A stretch of DNA of 64,000 bases, from the NCBI GenBank assembly GCA_963708295.1, contig CAVPSJ010000014.1:160001-224000 (forward strand), in the 5' to 3' direction. Every line of letters begins with the position of its first letter. Within the stretch, counting starts at the first letter, position 1. The notes under the pieces were generated by a model that made no database searches, had not been told where the DNA came from, and was given only the letters and a program-made list of their open reading frames with translations. Shown piece after piece: positions 20,091-31,011 of the stretch. The stretch is from an uncultured delta proteobacterium. GTDB lineage: Bacteria > Desulfobacterota > BSN033 > UBA1163. Both the position numbers and the translations under genes were made by a program.

Positions 20091-20266
20091 CACCATTCCG
20101 ATCCCCCTCCCAGCCTCCCCCTTGAAGGGGGAGGAAGATAGCGATTCCCCTCCCCGTCAGGGGGAGGGAAAGGGCACGCGGCGGAAGCGCCTGCGTTGCG
20201 CGTGGGGGTGGGGTTCATTAGATACCTATTCAATTGTGGACCGATGAGCAAAAGGAGGGAGTGAGA

Positions 20267-21409
20267 ATGAATGCGTTAGTTTTAGGCGGAACGGGGGGAA
20301 TGGGCCAGGGAGTCGCCCGGGACCTCATTAAGCAGGAGCAGATCAGGAAGGTCATTCTGGGTGATATCCTTACAGACCCCGGCAGGTTGCAAGAGAAGTT
20401 GCGGGCCAGTGAAAAGGTATCGCTCAGGAAAATCGATGTGAACGACCACAATGGCTTGGTCAGCTCGATCAGGGATGCCGATGTGGTCGTCAACTGCGCA
20501 GGGCCATTCTACAAGACGGCAGTGGCAGTCGCCAGGGCAGCGGTTGAAGCAAAGGTGAATTATATCGATATTTGCGATGACTATGAGGCGACTGAGATTC
20601 TTTTTGCATCGGATATCGATAGGGCCGCTCGGGAAGCGGGGATCACCGTCCTGACGGGAATGGGATCGGATCCGGGAACAAACAACGTCATCGTCAAGTG
20701 GTACGCCAATCGACTGGATCGGGTTGATGAGATCGCCTTATTCTGGGTCGTCAGTATCGCCGAGCTCGCGGGTGCAGCCTGGGATCATAGCCTCCATATG
20801 ACCTTAGGCAAAATCCCCCAGTACTTGGACGGTAAGCTGGAATATGTTGAAGGAGGGACCGGCCTAGAGACGGCTCAATTCCTTGAACCCCTTGGTACGT
20901 GTCAGGTTCGCTATGTGGGTCACCCTCAGCCACTCACCATCCCCCGCTATATTCAAGGGGTGAAAAGAGTGGTGATCAAAGGGGCGCTCATTCCTCCTTG
21001 GGTAGACGAACTCATCAAAGAACAGAAGGAGACAGGTTTTCTCAGTAAAGAGCCGATAGAGGTCAAAGGGACCAAAGTCGTCCCCTATGATCTGACTTTG
21101 CGGCTCTGGAATGCCATTCCCAATAACCGGGATAAAGGACCTTTCGCTTCCGGCTTGAAAGTGATCGTCAAGGGAGAGAGGGAAGGAAAACAGGTGACCT
21201 ACACGGCCGACATCGTGGGCAGGATGGCGCCGGGAACAGGACTTCCCGCCTCGATCGCAGCTCTGATGCTGGACGCCGGCGATGTCAAGGTCAAGGGAGT
21301 GGTTGCCCCGGAGGGCTGCATCGATCCGGAAAAGTTCCTTGCCGAATTACTCAAGAGGGGCGCCAGAATACATCAAACGGAAACGATCAAGTCCATGCTT
21401 GAAGTTTAG
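20267..21409 (+). CDS. Saccharopine dehydrogenase-like NAD(P)-dependent oxidoreductase
   Basis: LGGTGGMG, VVNCAGPF, YIDICDD, GMGSDPG, GHPQP, GVVAPE. Confidence 0.85.
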   Translation: MNALVLGGTGGMGQGVARDLIKQEQIRKVILGDILTDPGRLQEKLRASEKVSLRKIDVNDHNGLVSSIRDADVVVNCAGPFYKTAVAVARAAVEAKVNYIDICDDYEATEILFASDIDRAAREAGITVLTGMGSDPGTNNVIVKWYANRLDRVDEIALFWVVSIAELAGAAWDHSLHMTLGKIPQYLDGKLEYVEGGTGLETAQFLEPLGTCQVRYVGHPQPLTIPRYIQGVKRVVIKGALIPPWVDELIKEQKETGFLSKEPIEVKGTKVVPYDLTLRLWNAIPNNRDKGPFASGLKVIVKGEREGKQVTYTADIVGRMAPGTGLPASIAALMLDAGDVKVKGVVAPEGCIDPEKFLAELLKRGARIHQTETIKSMLEV

Positions 21410-21412
21410 TAT

Positions 21413-21594
21413 CAGGCTGCTGAAAAACGCCCATCTGCTGCGTTTCCCGCTACGCCTCTGGCCGACTCACCAACTCGTCGGCGTGGCAAGATGTCGCTCT
21501 TTATTCGTCGCGACGCCACTCTCAGGGTTTCGGGGGCCTTGCATTTGGGCATTTTTGAGCAGCCTGGAAAGAGTTGCTTATTCAACAACCTGAT
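21413..21594. mobile_element. MITE-like element copy 1 (TIR CAGGCTGCTGAAAAA...TTTTTGAGCAGCCTG)
   Basis: Terminal inverted repeats; internal sequence shared with 46141-46437 and 59317-59499. Confidence 0.7.
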
Positions 21595-21623
21595 GGCCCT
21601 GGAATGTGAGGAGGAGGAACTTT

Positions 21624-22886
21624 ATGTCTATGAAAGAGATTAAGAAACTAAACATAGCGAAAAGTCTGGAGCTTTTTGGAGAGGCCACGAAGATTATTCC
21701 CGGAGGAGTCCTGGGTGCCAGAAAACCCAGTGATTTTATCGAAGGAGAATATCCCATCTTTCTTGAATGTGGCAAGGGCTGCAGATTAACCGATGTTGAT
21801 GGAAATGAATATATCGACTTCCTCTGTGGCTATGGGCCGATCATCCTGGGCTATCGAGAAGAGGAAGTGGATGAAGCGGTGATCAGGCAAATCAGAGACA
21901 AGGGCTTCTGCTTCACGCTCACGCAGAGGTATCAGAATCAGCTCGCGAAGAAGCTGAGCGAACTCGTCCCCTCCTCCGAAATGAGCATTTTTTTAAAGAC
22001 CGGTTCCGATGCCACCACGGCAAGCATCCGTATTGCAAGGGCATACACAAATCGCATCAAGGTCGTGCGCTGCGGCTATCACGGATGGCATGACTGGTGC
22101 GTCGAAATGAAAGGGGGCATTCCTGAAAAGTTCTACGAAGATGTGTATGAATTTCGTTACAACAATCTCCATCAGCTCGAGGATTTGATGGTGAGATATG
22201 GCGATCAGACCGCTGCCATCATTATGACCCCATTTGGGCATCCCAACCATCAGAAAATGGAAGAACCTCAACCGGGTTTTCTTGAAGGAGTGAGAGAAAT
22301 CGCTACCCGGTACGGCGCAGTGCTCATCTTTGATGAAGTCCGCACCAATTTCAGGCTCAGCATGGGGGGCGCCCAAAAGCTGTATGGAGTCACGCCGGAC
22401 TTATCGGTCCTTGGAAAGAGTATGGCCAACGGATATGCGATCAGTGCCGTCAGCGGAAAAAATGAGGTCATGATGGCTGCAGAAAAGAAGCTTTTCATAT
22501 CGTCCACCTTCTTCCCGAACAGTGATGGTTATGTTGCCGCCCTCAAGACCATTGAAATCCTGGAACGTGAGAATGTGATTGACCACATATGGGAAAAGGG
22601 TAACCGCTTTCTGGAGAAAGTTCGGGATATCATCGGCAGGTATCCTGTGGGAGCGGAACTGACCGGTGTTGCACCGATGTTTTATATCACTTTCAAAAAG
22701 GATGCAGCGGAGACTCACAGAAAGAGACGGGATGATTTCTATACTCAACTTATCCGCAAGGGCATCTTTTTGCACCCACACCACCACGGATACATCAGCT
22801 ACAGACATACCGAACAGGATCTGGGCATGACTGTTCAAGCCATCGATGAAGCCCTGGCCTACGTAAAAGATAAACATCAAAAATAG
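21624..22886 (+). CDS. Class III PLP aminotransferase (GSA aminomutase-like)
   Basis: DVDGNEYID, TGSDA, GYHGWHD, FDEV, PLP lysine in LGKSMANG. Confidence 0.88.
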   Translation: MSMKEIKKLNIAKSLELFGEATKIIPGGVLGARKPSDFIEGEYPIFLECGKGCRLTDVDGNEYIDFLCGYGPIILGYREEEVDEAVIRQIRDKGFCFTLTQRYQNQLAKKLSELVPSSEMSIFLKTGSDATTASIRIARAYTNRIKVVRCGYHGWHDWCVEMKGGIPEKFYEDVYEFRYNNLHQLEDLMVRYGDQTAAIIMTPFGHPNHQKMEEPQPGFLEGVREIATRYGAVLIFDEVRTNFRLSMGGAQKLYGVTPDLSVLGKSMANGYAISAVSGKNEVMMAAEKKLFISSTFFPNSDGYVAALKTIEILERENVIDHIWEKGNRFLEKVRDIIGRYPVGAELTGVAPMFYITFKKDAAETHRKRRDDFYTQLIRKGIFLHPHHHGYISYRHTEQDLGMTVQAIDEALAYVKDKHQK

Positions 22887-22961
22887 CCTGTTCAATGAAA
22901 TAAAAAGCCATCATTTTCGCTACGAGGGACGGGAGGACCTTCTGAAGATATAAATTACCTA

Positions 22962-22990
22962 TTGACACATCAACCTAAGTGATGTATATT
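22962..22990 (+). promoter_or_regulatory. Sigma70 promoter with inverted-repeat operator (TA autoregulation)
   Basis: TTGACA-N17-TATATT; ACATCA-N7-TGATGT between the boxes. Confidence 0.7.
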
Positions 22991-22997
22991 TTTATAC

Positions 22998-23255
22998 ATG
23001 AAAAGCTTAAAGAAAAAACCCATTCAGATCTATATTGAGCCCCAGCAGGATTATGTTTTGGGGAACCTTGCCAAAAAGAGAGGAATATCCAAAGCGGAGA
23101 TCATCCGAAATAGTCTTGACAAGTTTCTAAGAGAGATCCCCTTGGAAGAAGATCCTGGAATGGGTTTGGTTGGACTTGGAAAATCTGGTCAGAGGGATCT
23201 CTCTGATCATCATGATAAATATCTTGCCAAATATGCGAGACCAAAGAAAAAGTGA
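22998..23255 (+). CDS. Ribbon-helix-helix (CopG) antitoxin, VapB-like
   Basis: IQIYI..LAKKRGISKAEIIR RHH; DLSDHHDKYL tail; precedes PIN gene. Confidence 0.85.
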   Translation: MKSLKKKPIQIYIEPQQDYVLGNLAKKRGISKAEIIRNSLDKFLREIPLEEDPGMGLVGLGKSGQRDLSDHHDKYLAKYARPKKK

Positions 23256-23668
23256 TGATGCTCGAGGATATATTTGTAGATAGTAGTGCTTGGATTGCCT
23301 TAGCCGATAAAGATGATTCACACCACAAGCAGGCCGCTTCAAGTTATCTCCCGATTTTTAAGGATCATAAAACTTTAATCACAAGCAATCTCGTCGTCGC
23401 CGAAACCTATATCGTCCTCCTAAAAGAACTGGGGCATAAGGCAGCCATCGAATTTCTTGAGAGAATAAAGGCAAGCCCAAGGATTTTGAAAATCTTTTCA
23501 AACGAGAACATTGAAGCGGAGGCTGAAGGGATATTAGTGAAGTATATCGATCAGGAGTTCAGTTATGTAGATGCTGTCAGTTTTGTGATCATGAAGAGGC
23601 AAAAGATTAAAAAGGCTTTTTGCTTTGATAAACATTTTGTGACAGCAGGTTTTATGAATGTCCCGTAA
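23252..23668 (+). CDS. vapC: PIN-domain toxin
   Basis: FVDSSAW, VVAE, SYVDAVSF, FDKHF acidic PIN residues. Confidence 0.88.
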   Translation: MMMLEDIFVDSSAWIALADKDDSHHKQAASSYLPIFKDHKTLITSNLVVAETYIVLLKELGHKAAIEFLERIKASPRILKIFSNENIEAEAEGILVKYIDQEFSYVDAVSFVIMKRQKIKKAFCFDKHFVTAGFMNVP

Positions 23669-24076
23669 ACTCCCTCAGTGCCTCAGAAAACAATTCTCAA
23701 AACTAAAAACGAGCAAGCCAAAACAGATCCCTATAGACGAGAATGGGTTTGGTAGAAAGAGAAAGCGCTTCCGTGGGACGGACAATTATAGAGAAGCCTC
23801 AGAGTTATCGGAAAGATTTGAGGGAAAAGAGGACTTCTACCCGAATTCAATAAAATGCCCCTCTTTGTTTTCAATGCAGATTTCAACCAGATATCTTCAG
23901 TTTTAGCAAAGTGTAGGAAGTGGCAAGATATATTCATCTTCCGATACCGCCAAAACCTGGGACCGTGGAGTATTTCCTGTAACTGTTGACTAACAGATTT
24001 TGACCATAATGCATGACTTTAATCGTTACCTACAATACTGGTCTAAAACCTTTGTCTATTTGGTGGCCTTTTTTTC

Positions 24077-24105
24077 TTGACATACAACCCCCTTTTTTAT
24101 ATGCT
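24077..24105 (+). promoter_or_regulatory. Sigma70 promoter of the Rid gene
   Basis: TTGACA-N17-TATGCT. Confidence 0.55.
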
Positions 24106-24222
24106 CAACTCGCTTTAATGCAAGGCCCGACGGACGCCACAATTTCGATGCGATCTTGTGTGCAGATAGTGATCAGGAGGGGTGGTCGAGAAGCACATCA
24201 TTTCCTAAAAGGAGGCAGGAAG

Positions 24223-25512
24223 ATGGACTGGGAAGTGAAATATTATCCGGAATACTGGGATGGGAAGAAGCTGGCTTATCCCCATGTGCCAAAAGAATCG
24301 CCGAAGTTCGCCAGGAGTATGACCGTTGGTAACCTCATCTTCGTTTCTGGCTGCACCGGCCAGGATACGATTACCGGCAAACCCACAGCAGAAAAATTTG
24401 AGGACCAGATGATCATGGCCCTGACCAAGGTCAAAATGGCCATGGAAGAGGCGGGAAGCTCCATGGAGAACGTCGTCAAGACCGTTATGCTGGTCAAACG
24501 ACTGGCTGATTACCCCAAGATGCGCAAGACAGAGGTGGAGTTTTATCAGAAGCATGCACCCTATCTGGTAGAAAACCCTCCGGCAAGCACGTTCATCGCT
24601 CCCGCCTCTCTGGCAAAGCCCGAGTTCCTGATCGAGGTTGACGTGATTGGCGTCATCAACAGAAACGCACCTGACTGGAACGTCAAATATTATGCGGAAT
24701 ACTGGGGCGGCAAGAAGCTGGCTTATCCGCATGTGCCAAAAGAACACCCCAAGTTTGCCCGAACCGAGGTGGTTGGGAACCTGGTGATTGTCTCAGGCTG
24801 TGAGGCCCTAAATCATGACACGGTGAAGGTGGAAACGAGCGACTTCAAAGAACAGACAAGGATCTGTTTAGAGAAGATTAAAGTCGGTATGGCAGAAACG
24901 GGCGGTTCTATCGATAACCTGGTCAAGACTTACGTTCTGCTTAAAGATATAAAGGATTACCCTCGTATACCGAGAGGTGGAGCAGGAGTTTTTCAAGAAA
25001 CATGCCCCCAGATTTAGCCAAGAACCCGCCCGCCAGCACCGTCATTAATGTCAGCAGTCTGGCACTTCCTGAGTTTCTGGTGGAGGTTGAGGCTTTCGGA
25101 GTGATTGATCAAAAGACTCCCGGCTGGACGACGAAATACTATCCAGGAAGCAAAGAAGCTTCCAGCAGCGCTTCAGCGGGCAAGCTGCTTTTCCTTTCCG
25201 GTTGTGATGGATCGAATCCCAAAACCGGTAAGATGGAAACCGCAGTCATTGAACAGCAGATCAACATCGCTCTGGATAAGGTTAAAGCAGCCCTGGAACG
25301 AGCCGGGAGTTCAATGGAAAAGGTGGTGAAGACCTTTATGCTCCTGAAGCACCTGGAGGATTATCCCAAGATGCGCAAGGCAGAGGTGGAATATTATCAG
25401 AAGCATGCGCCGCACTTGGTTGATAACCCTCCGGTCAGCACCTTCATGCAACTGATCCAGCATGACAAATCCAGAGGCGCTGTTTGAGATAGACGTAACA
25501 GCCGTTCTTTAG
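24223..25512 (+). CDS. Protein of three tandem Rid (YjgF/YER057c/UK114) domains; frameshifts near 24965 and 25455
   Basis: Three repeats of (L/I)xxSGC...A(G)xSxxxxVK...NPP(A/V)ST...(I/V/F)E(V/I)(D/E). Confidence 0.8.
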
Positions 25513-25748
25513 GTTGAAGCAAGATGCAATTGATTTACGTTGGTTCGGGCCGAAGTCCGTATGGATTGATTTTACCATGTTTGAGAATTCTTTTTGGACG
25601 GTTTTTCTTGACCTATGACCCATAATCCCTTTTTTGTTTTATAGTTAGCCCATCATTTTGTTTATCCGTTGGAGTCGGCATATATTATATAATGATCACT
25701 GTACTCAGGAGGGTGAAGGTCTCTTAGCTCGAATTTAAGGAGGGATTG

Positions 25749-26690
25749 ATGGAATACCGGAATCTTGGCAATTCAGGGCTCAAGGTGTCAGTTCTGGGGC
25801 TGGGAGCGAACAATTTTGGCTGGTGGATAGACGAGCAGCGTTCAACGACAGTCATCAACCATGCCCTGGAACTCGGCATCAATTTTATTGACACCGCGGA
25901 CTGGTATGACAATGGTCGGTCGGAGGAATATATCGGTTCGACGCTTAAAGGGAGACGAACAGGGGTTCTTATCGCTACCAAATTCTCCCAACCCATGGGG
26001 GAAGGTCCCAATGATCGCGGCGGTTCGCGCTGGTATATTAAGAGGGCGGTGGAGGCCAGCTTGAAACGGCTCAACACCGACTATATTGACCTGTACCAGA
26101 TGCACCATCCTGACCCAACGACGCCCATTGAAGAAACGTTGCGCGCTCTTGATGACCTTGTGAAAGCCGGCAAGGTGCGCTACATCGGTTGCTCCAACTT
26201 CAACGGGTGGCAACTTTCCGAGGCGATGTGGACATCCCGAGTCAACAACTTGAATTCCTTTGTAACGGTGCAGCCTAGGTACAACCTCTTTGAGCGCCAG
26301 ATTGAGCAGGAGCTGGTGCCCTGCTGTAAGGCACACGGAGTTGGAGTCATACCTTGGGGTCCCCTAGCAGGGGGATTCCTGACCGGTAAGTACCGCCGTG
26401 GCGAACAACCCCCGCCCCCGGCTTCGGGTGCAAATCCCGCTAAGGCCTTCACCGAATTGTATAATGCTGTTATCACAGACGTGAACTGGGAGAGACTCGG
26501 GAAGCTTGACGCCTTTGCCAAAACCCGGGGGCACAAGGTGAGCGAGCTGGCTATTGCCTGGCTGCTTTCGCTTCCGTGGGTGTGTTCGGTCATTGCCGGC
26601 GCTACCACGCCGGAGCAACTTGATGCGAACTTAGCCGGGGCCCACTGGAAGTTGACCGCAGAGGAAGTTACCCGGATTGAGCAAATCTGA
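25749..26690 (+). CDS. Aldo/keto reductase
   Basis: LGNSGLKVS, DTADWY, ATKF, DYIDLYQMH, GKVRYIGCSN. Confidence 0.93.
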   Translation: MEYRNLGNSGLKVSVLGLGANNFGWWIDEQRSTTVINHALELGINFIDTADWYDNGRSEEYIGSTLKGRRTGVLIATKFSQPMGEGPNDRGGSRWYIKRAVEASLKRLNTDYIDLYQMHHPDPTTPIEETLRALDDLVKAGKVRYIGCSNFNGWQLSEAMWTSRVNNLNSFVTVQPRYNLFERQIEQELVPCCKAHGVGVIPWGPLAGGFLTGKYRRGEQPPPPASGANPAKAFTELYNAVITDVNWERLGKLDAFAKTRGHKVSELAIAWLLSLPWVCSVIAGATTPEQLDANLAGAHWKLTAEEVTRIEQI

Positions 26691-26780
26691 GCCTCCGCTG
26701 GGTTCGTTCATCTTCGGCGGGAAAGTACGATCACCAAAGACTACCCTTAACCCTGCTTCGTTAGATGTGCCCGCCCCGCA

Positions 26781-27548
26781 CTAACCGTGTCCACGTTCCC
26801 CTGCCCACGGCATAAAGATTCGCTCAGCAAGAACTACGGCGGCGAACAAAAGAATGCCAAGTACACTCAGTGCAACCAATGAGGCCCATGCCAGGGGGCT
26901 GTTGATCTGCGAGTTTGCAACCATCAACAGGTTACCAAGCCCCTCCGTCGATCCAACGAATTCCCCGATGACCCCGCCGATCACCGCCAACGTTACAGCC
27001 ACCTTGGCGCCTGAGAACACGAAGGGCAGCGCCGCCGGGAACTGAATCTTCCTGAAAATCTGGAACCTGGATGCACGAAGGGACCGGGCGAGATCGAGCA
27101 ATTCGGGAGGAGTCGACTGCAGGCCTGCGGCTGTATCCACCACAACCGGGAAGAAGGCCACCAAGAAAGCCACCGCGAGCTTGGATTCCAATCCGATTCC
27201 AAGCCACACCAGTATGATGGGTGCCACGGCCACCTTGGGGATAGACTGAGTGCCAACCAAGAGGGGGTAGAACGTCAGGCTCAGGATCCTTGAACTGGTC
27301 AGGGCCACGGCAATGGGGATGCCCAGCACCATCGCCAGCGCAAAACCGTAGAGGCATTCCTTGAAGGTAATCCAGCCTTCTGACAATAGCAGTGCGTGCT
27401 TGTCGACAATGGCACCGAGAACTAGGGTGGGCTTCGGCAGGACCACTGTTGATACGTTGAATTGGACTACATAAAATTGCCAGACGGCAACCACCAGCAT
27501 GATGCCTAAAACCGGGAAAAAAATCTTTGAGAGGGTTTGTGTGGTCAT
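26781..27548 (-). CDS. ABC transporter permease (NitT/TauT family)
   Basis: Hydrophobic; ARSLRAS..PAALP, VIGEFVG..GLG. Confidence 0.9.
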   Translation of the reverse strand: MTTQTLSKIFFPVLGIMLVVAVWQFYVVQFNVSTVVLPKPTLVLGAIVDKHALLLSEGWITFKECLYGFALAMVLGIPIAVALTSSRILSLTFYPLLVGTQSIPKVAVAPIILVWLGIGLESKLAVAFLVAFFPVVVDTAAGLQSTPPELLDLARSLRASRFQIFRKIQFPAALPFVFSGAKVAVTLAVIGGVIGEFVGSTEGLGNLLMVANSQINSPLAWASLVALSVLGILLFAAVVLAERIFMPWAGERGHG

Positions 27549-28324
27549 CTTGTGACGCTGGTTGTTACGCCAGGGGTCATGCATGCCGTTTTTGTCACAC
27601 CTAAGGCAATACTCGCGTTCATCTGGAACTCGCAGAAGTGCTCTGTGTATCGGATTTCGGATGAGCGAGGATAAGGGAAATCGATCCTTAACCGGGTGGC
27701 AATTTGAGCCGGTCGCGTGGTAAAAACCAGCACCTGATCCGAGAGATAAATGGCTTCCGTGATGCTGTGAGTGACGAACACGACTGTCGCATTGGTTACT
27801 TTCCGGATGTCCAGCAGAATGTCGTTCATCTCCATCCTGGTGAGCTCATCCAACGCTCCAAACGGCTCATCCATCAGCAAAAAAGACGGTTTGTGGATGA
27901 TGGCCCTGCAGAGCGCGGCCCGTTGCTGCATGCCTCCTGAGAGTTGGTTCGGCCACACTTTTTCGAAGCCTCCCAGGCCGACGAGCTCAAGCAGCTCCAG
28001 CGCCCGCCGCCGGGCGTCCGAGTTCTTCTGCTTGAGGATCTCCATGGGAAACAGCACATTATCCAGCACGGTCCGCCAGGGCATTAGGTTAGGCGTTTGA
28101 AATACGAAGCCGAAATCGGGATGCGGACCAGTAACATCCTCTCCCCGAATTTGTACCGTTCCTTGCGATGCATTGGTTAGACCCGCAAATATTCGAAGTA
28201 AGGTTGTCTTCCCGCATCCACTCGGCCCAAGGAAAGAGACAAGTTCCCCTTCCTCGAACTCGCAGGATATCCCGTCAATAACAACCAGGGGCTCTTTGTC
28301 CCGCCGCTCAAAGACCTTTCGCAC
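27545..28324 (-). CDS. ABC transporter ATP-binding protein (true start probably ~28371)
   Basis: GPSGCGKT, LSGGMQQR, LMDEPFGALD. Confidence 0.92.
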   Translation of the reverse strand: MRKVFERRDKEPLVVIDGISCEFEEGELVSFLGPSGCGKTTLLRIFAGLTNASQGTVQIRGEDVTGPHPDFGFVFQTPNLMPWRTVLDNVLFPMEILKQKNSDARRRALELLELVGLGGFEKVWPNQLSGGMQQRAALCRAIIHKPSFLLMDEPFGALDELTRMEMNDILLDIRKVTNATVVFVTHSITEAIYLSDQVLVFTTRPAQIATRLRIDFPYPRSSEIRYTEHFCEFQMNASIALGVTKTACMTPGVTTSVTR

Positions 28325-28416
28325 ATTTTCTAAGCGGCCGAACGGCGTTTTAGTGTTTCTCTCCCCCCCATGGCTTCGGTCACGACTTGTCGCCTTTCCT
28401 GCCGTCCTGATGGTTG

Positions 28417-29439
28417 CTAAGGAAAAACTGGGGGCTCGGGCAGAAAGCCGGTTGCATAGAGATCTTCTGGTTTCGGCGGAGAACCCGTGACACTCAGATT
28501 TGTGAGTACGAACTCAAGGCTCGCCTTCATCTTGGCCGGAGCAAACCAGCCCAGACCGTTCTTCTGGGTATCGGGAACGATGGCGAGATTCTTGAGGACA
28601 CCAAGCTCAGCCACAATGGTGCTACGGTCGAGCCCCTTGGCATACTTGAGCTGGCGATCGGCGGCGTCTTCGGGATTCGACAGGGCGTCTTTCCAACCCC
28701 GCAGAGATGCTCGCACGAAAGCCTGCACGACCTTGGGATTCTTCTTCAGATACTCCTCCTTGGCCCCGATGCCGTTGGAATAGAGGACCAGTCCGTGGTC
28801 TCCCAAAAGGAAGGTCCTCAGTGTTGCCCCTTTGACTTCACGCTCGAGCGACGGTTTCGACATGAGAAAGAACTCAATCGATTTGAGCTGACCACTCAGC
28901 AACATCGTGGCCTTCGCAGCCGGCGCAACATTAACTACCTTTAGCGTATTGGGATCCAGGCCATGCATCTTCATGAAGCCTTTGATCACGTTGGGGACGA
29001 AACTCCCCGAACTGCTCCCCAACTCCAGTCCCTCTAGATCCTTTACTTTTGTGACGTTGGCGCCCGGATCGAGCGAGAAGATCGCAAAAGGGGGCTTCTG
29101 GTAGTTGACGGCGACCATTTTGATCGTAGAACCGCTCGCTCGACCGAGAACAATCCCGACGACGTCGACGAACCCAATCTCAGCCAGCCCCGATTCTACG
29201 GCCTGCATCACCTGAGCCGTCCCCTGGCCAGGTATGATTTTTACATTCAGGCCTTCTTCTTTGTAGTAGCCCTTATCAAGGGCTACGTACCATGGGGCGT
29301 GACGGCCCAAGACGATGAAATCCAGAGAAAAAGTGATGTCAATCGGACTGGCTGCAAATGAGGCCGAGCTTCCAACAACCCCCCAGACGAGAACGGTGGC
29401 AACAAAAACTGCAAAAAGGCAACCCATTTTTTTGCGCAT
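28417..29439 (-). CDS. ABC transporter substrate-binding protein (NMT1/THI5-like)
   Basis: Signal peptide; HAPWYVALDKGYYKEEGL. Confidence 0.88.
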   Translation of the reverse strand: MRKKMGCLFAVFVATVLVWGVVGSSASFAASPIDITFSLDFIVLGRHAPWYVALDKGYYKEEGLNVKIIPGQGTAQVMQAVESGLAEIGFVDVVGIVLGRASGSTIKMVAVNYQKPPFAIFSLDPGANVTKVKDLEGLELGSSSGSFVPNVIKGFMKMHGLDPNTLKVVNVAPAAKATMLLSGQLKSIEFFLMSKPSLEREVKGATLRTFLLGDHGLVLYSNGIGAKEEYLKKNPKVVQAFVRASLRGWKDALSNPEDAADRQLKYAKGLDRSTIVAELGVLKNLAIVPDTQKNGLGWFAPAKMKASLEFVLTNLSVTGSPPKPEDLYATGFLPEPPVFP

Positions 29440-29547
29440 AGAATCCCCCTTTCCTTCGGTTGAAGATAAGTTAATTTGGAAAACGATATCTCACCCTGCG
29501 GAAATCTTTTTAAAAAGTTTGTCAGGCCACTCCGCTTTGAATCGGAG

Positions 29548-30219
29548 CTATTCGAGCAGATAGGCGATGGCTCTTGCAGGCGCCCCGTCTCCCGCCTTCA
29601 TTCTTATCGGCAGGCAGATCAGGTAGATTCTTTTGTTCAGCAGGTGTTTGGCCTCGCTACTGATTTCTTCTATCAGTGGGATACCATTGCCCAGCAAAAG
29701 GTTATGTGCAGGGTTCGTTTTGTCTCCGTACTGATCGATGCTGAAGAAGTCGATGCCTACGGATTTGACTTTTTTCTGCACGAGCCATTCTGCTCCGCTC
29801 TTTTCCAGATACGTATACTTCGAGTTGATCCATGACTCCCCAAGATGGTTGGAACAGCCCGTGTAAAGAATGACGATGTCTTCAAGCCGGACCAAGTCCG
29901 AAAATTTCTTCAGATCATCCGCGCCAATACCGGAACCGATCTCTTTGAAGGAGAGGTCTAGAACGACGCCTTCACCCATGAACCGATTCAAGTCCAACTC
30001 TTCCAGAGGCTTACCCTCATTCGACAGATGACGGGGTGCATCCACGTGGGTTCCGTGGTGCGTGGCCATGGTGATCTTGTGAACATTGAATCCTCCCTGC
30101 TCGACGCTTGAGACCTGTTCGAGTTGCACTGGGAAACTTGCCGGATAGTAGGGCATCTTCTCCCAGACTGGATTAGAGAGGTCATAATACCTTCCTTTGA
30201 ATTTAGGAACCGGTTCCAT
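29548..30219 (-). CDS. Cyclase family metal hydrolase (kynurenine formamidase / isatin hydrolase family)
   Basis: HHGTHVDAPRH motif, VGID, GDGAPARA. Confidence 0.88.
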   Translation of the reverse strand: MEPVPKFKGRYYDLSNPVWEKMPYYPASFPVQLEQVSSVEQGGFNVHKITMATHHGTHVDAPRHLSNEGKPLEELDLNRFMGEGVVLDLSFKEIGSGIGADDLKKFSDLVRLEDIVILYTGCSNHLGESWINSKYTYLEKSGAEWLVQKKVKSVGIDFFSIDQYGDKTNPAHNLLLGNGIPLIEEISSEAKHLLNKRIYLICLPIRMKAGDGAPARAIAYLLE

Positions 30220-31011
30220 GCTTGAATCCTCCTCTGATTATAAGTTAACAGGCGGGACCCGTGTTTCTTCCAACCGAACGATAAAAGGGAAAGAAAAAAA
30301 TTCCCTTTGGGCGGATCAAATATACGAAAAAACGGAGCGGTCTGTCAAGCAAAAATCGAAAAATGACCGCGAGCCGAAGAGACATCGACTCGAATGTTGT
30401 TATTGAGATAAGAACTTGCTTTGGACGAAGTGAATATGCAAAAGCAAGTCCTCACAGTTTGAGTAAACAGGATTGGGTACGACCGAGTCCGGATTAATCG
30501 ACATAGTAAAAGAGTCCCCCCATATGCTGAGACTTGGGTGAATACACCTCAGAGGGCAGTGATGTCACAATTTCCAACTCTGGCTGCTCTATGGCTGAAC
30601 CCATTGATTGGATAGTAGATCTGATTTCCTCTTGTCAGCAATGAGTTCAGTTAGGAATTCGCTCATTCTCTCTTTCATTCGGAAACCAATAAGTCTTAGT
30701 GCCGATCGATAGGCTGACTTTGTAGATGTTGTGCCTCCCCCCCCTTTGATAGACTCCCTGCGATAATCGTCATTTTCAAATCTTGCCAAACAATATAACG
30801 CCTTAAGTAATCATTGACAATAAAGTTACCCATGCGAATAATGCGTCATGAAAAATAATGGATTGTATGGGATGCCTCTATCCATATAATTCATGTTGAC
30901 TTTCCCAAGCAGAATCATTAGGATTTAATTGAAACATGAAGTTTTAGTAGGCTAAATTCAATACCATATAAAAATAATGGTTGTGATCTCCAAGTAGAAA
31001 GAGGGTTTACT

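Noticed and set aside
23731-23937. Minus-strand ORF with GILLNSG resembling a GxxExxY C-terminus
   Set aside because: Similarity too short to support
30589-30789. 66-aa minus-strand ORF in an AT-rich gap
   Set aside because: TTG start, no RBS, no recognisable motif
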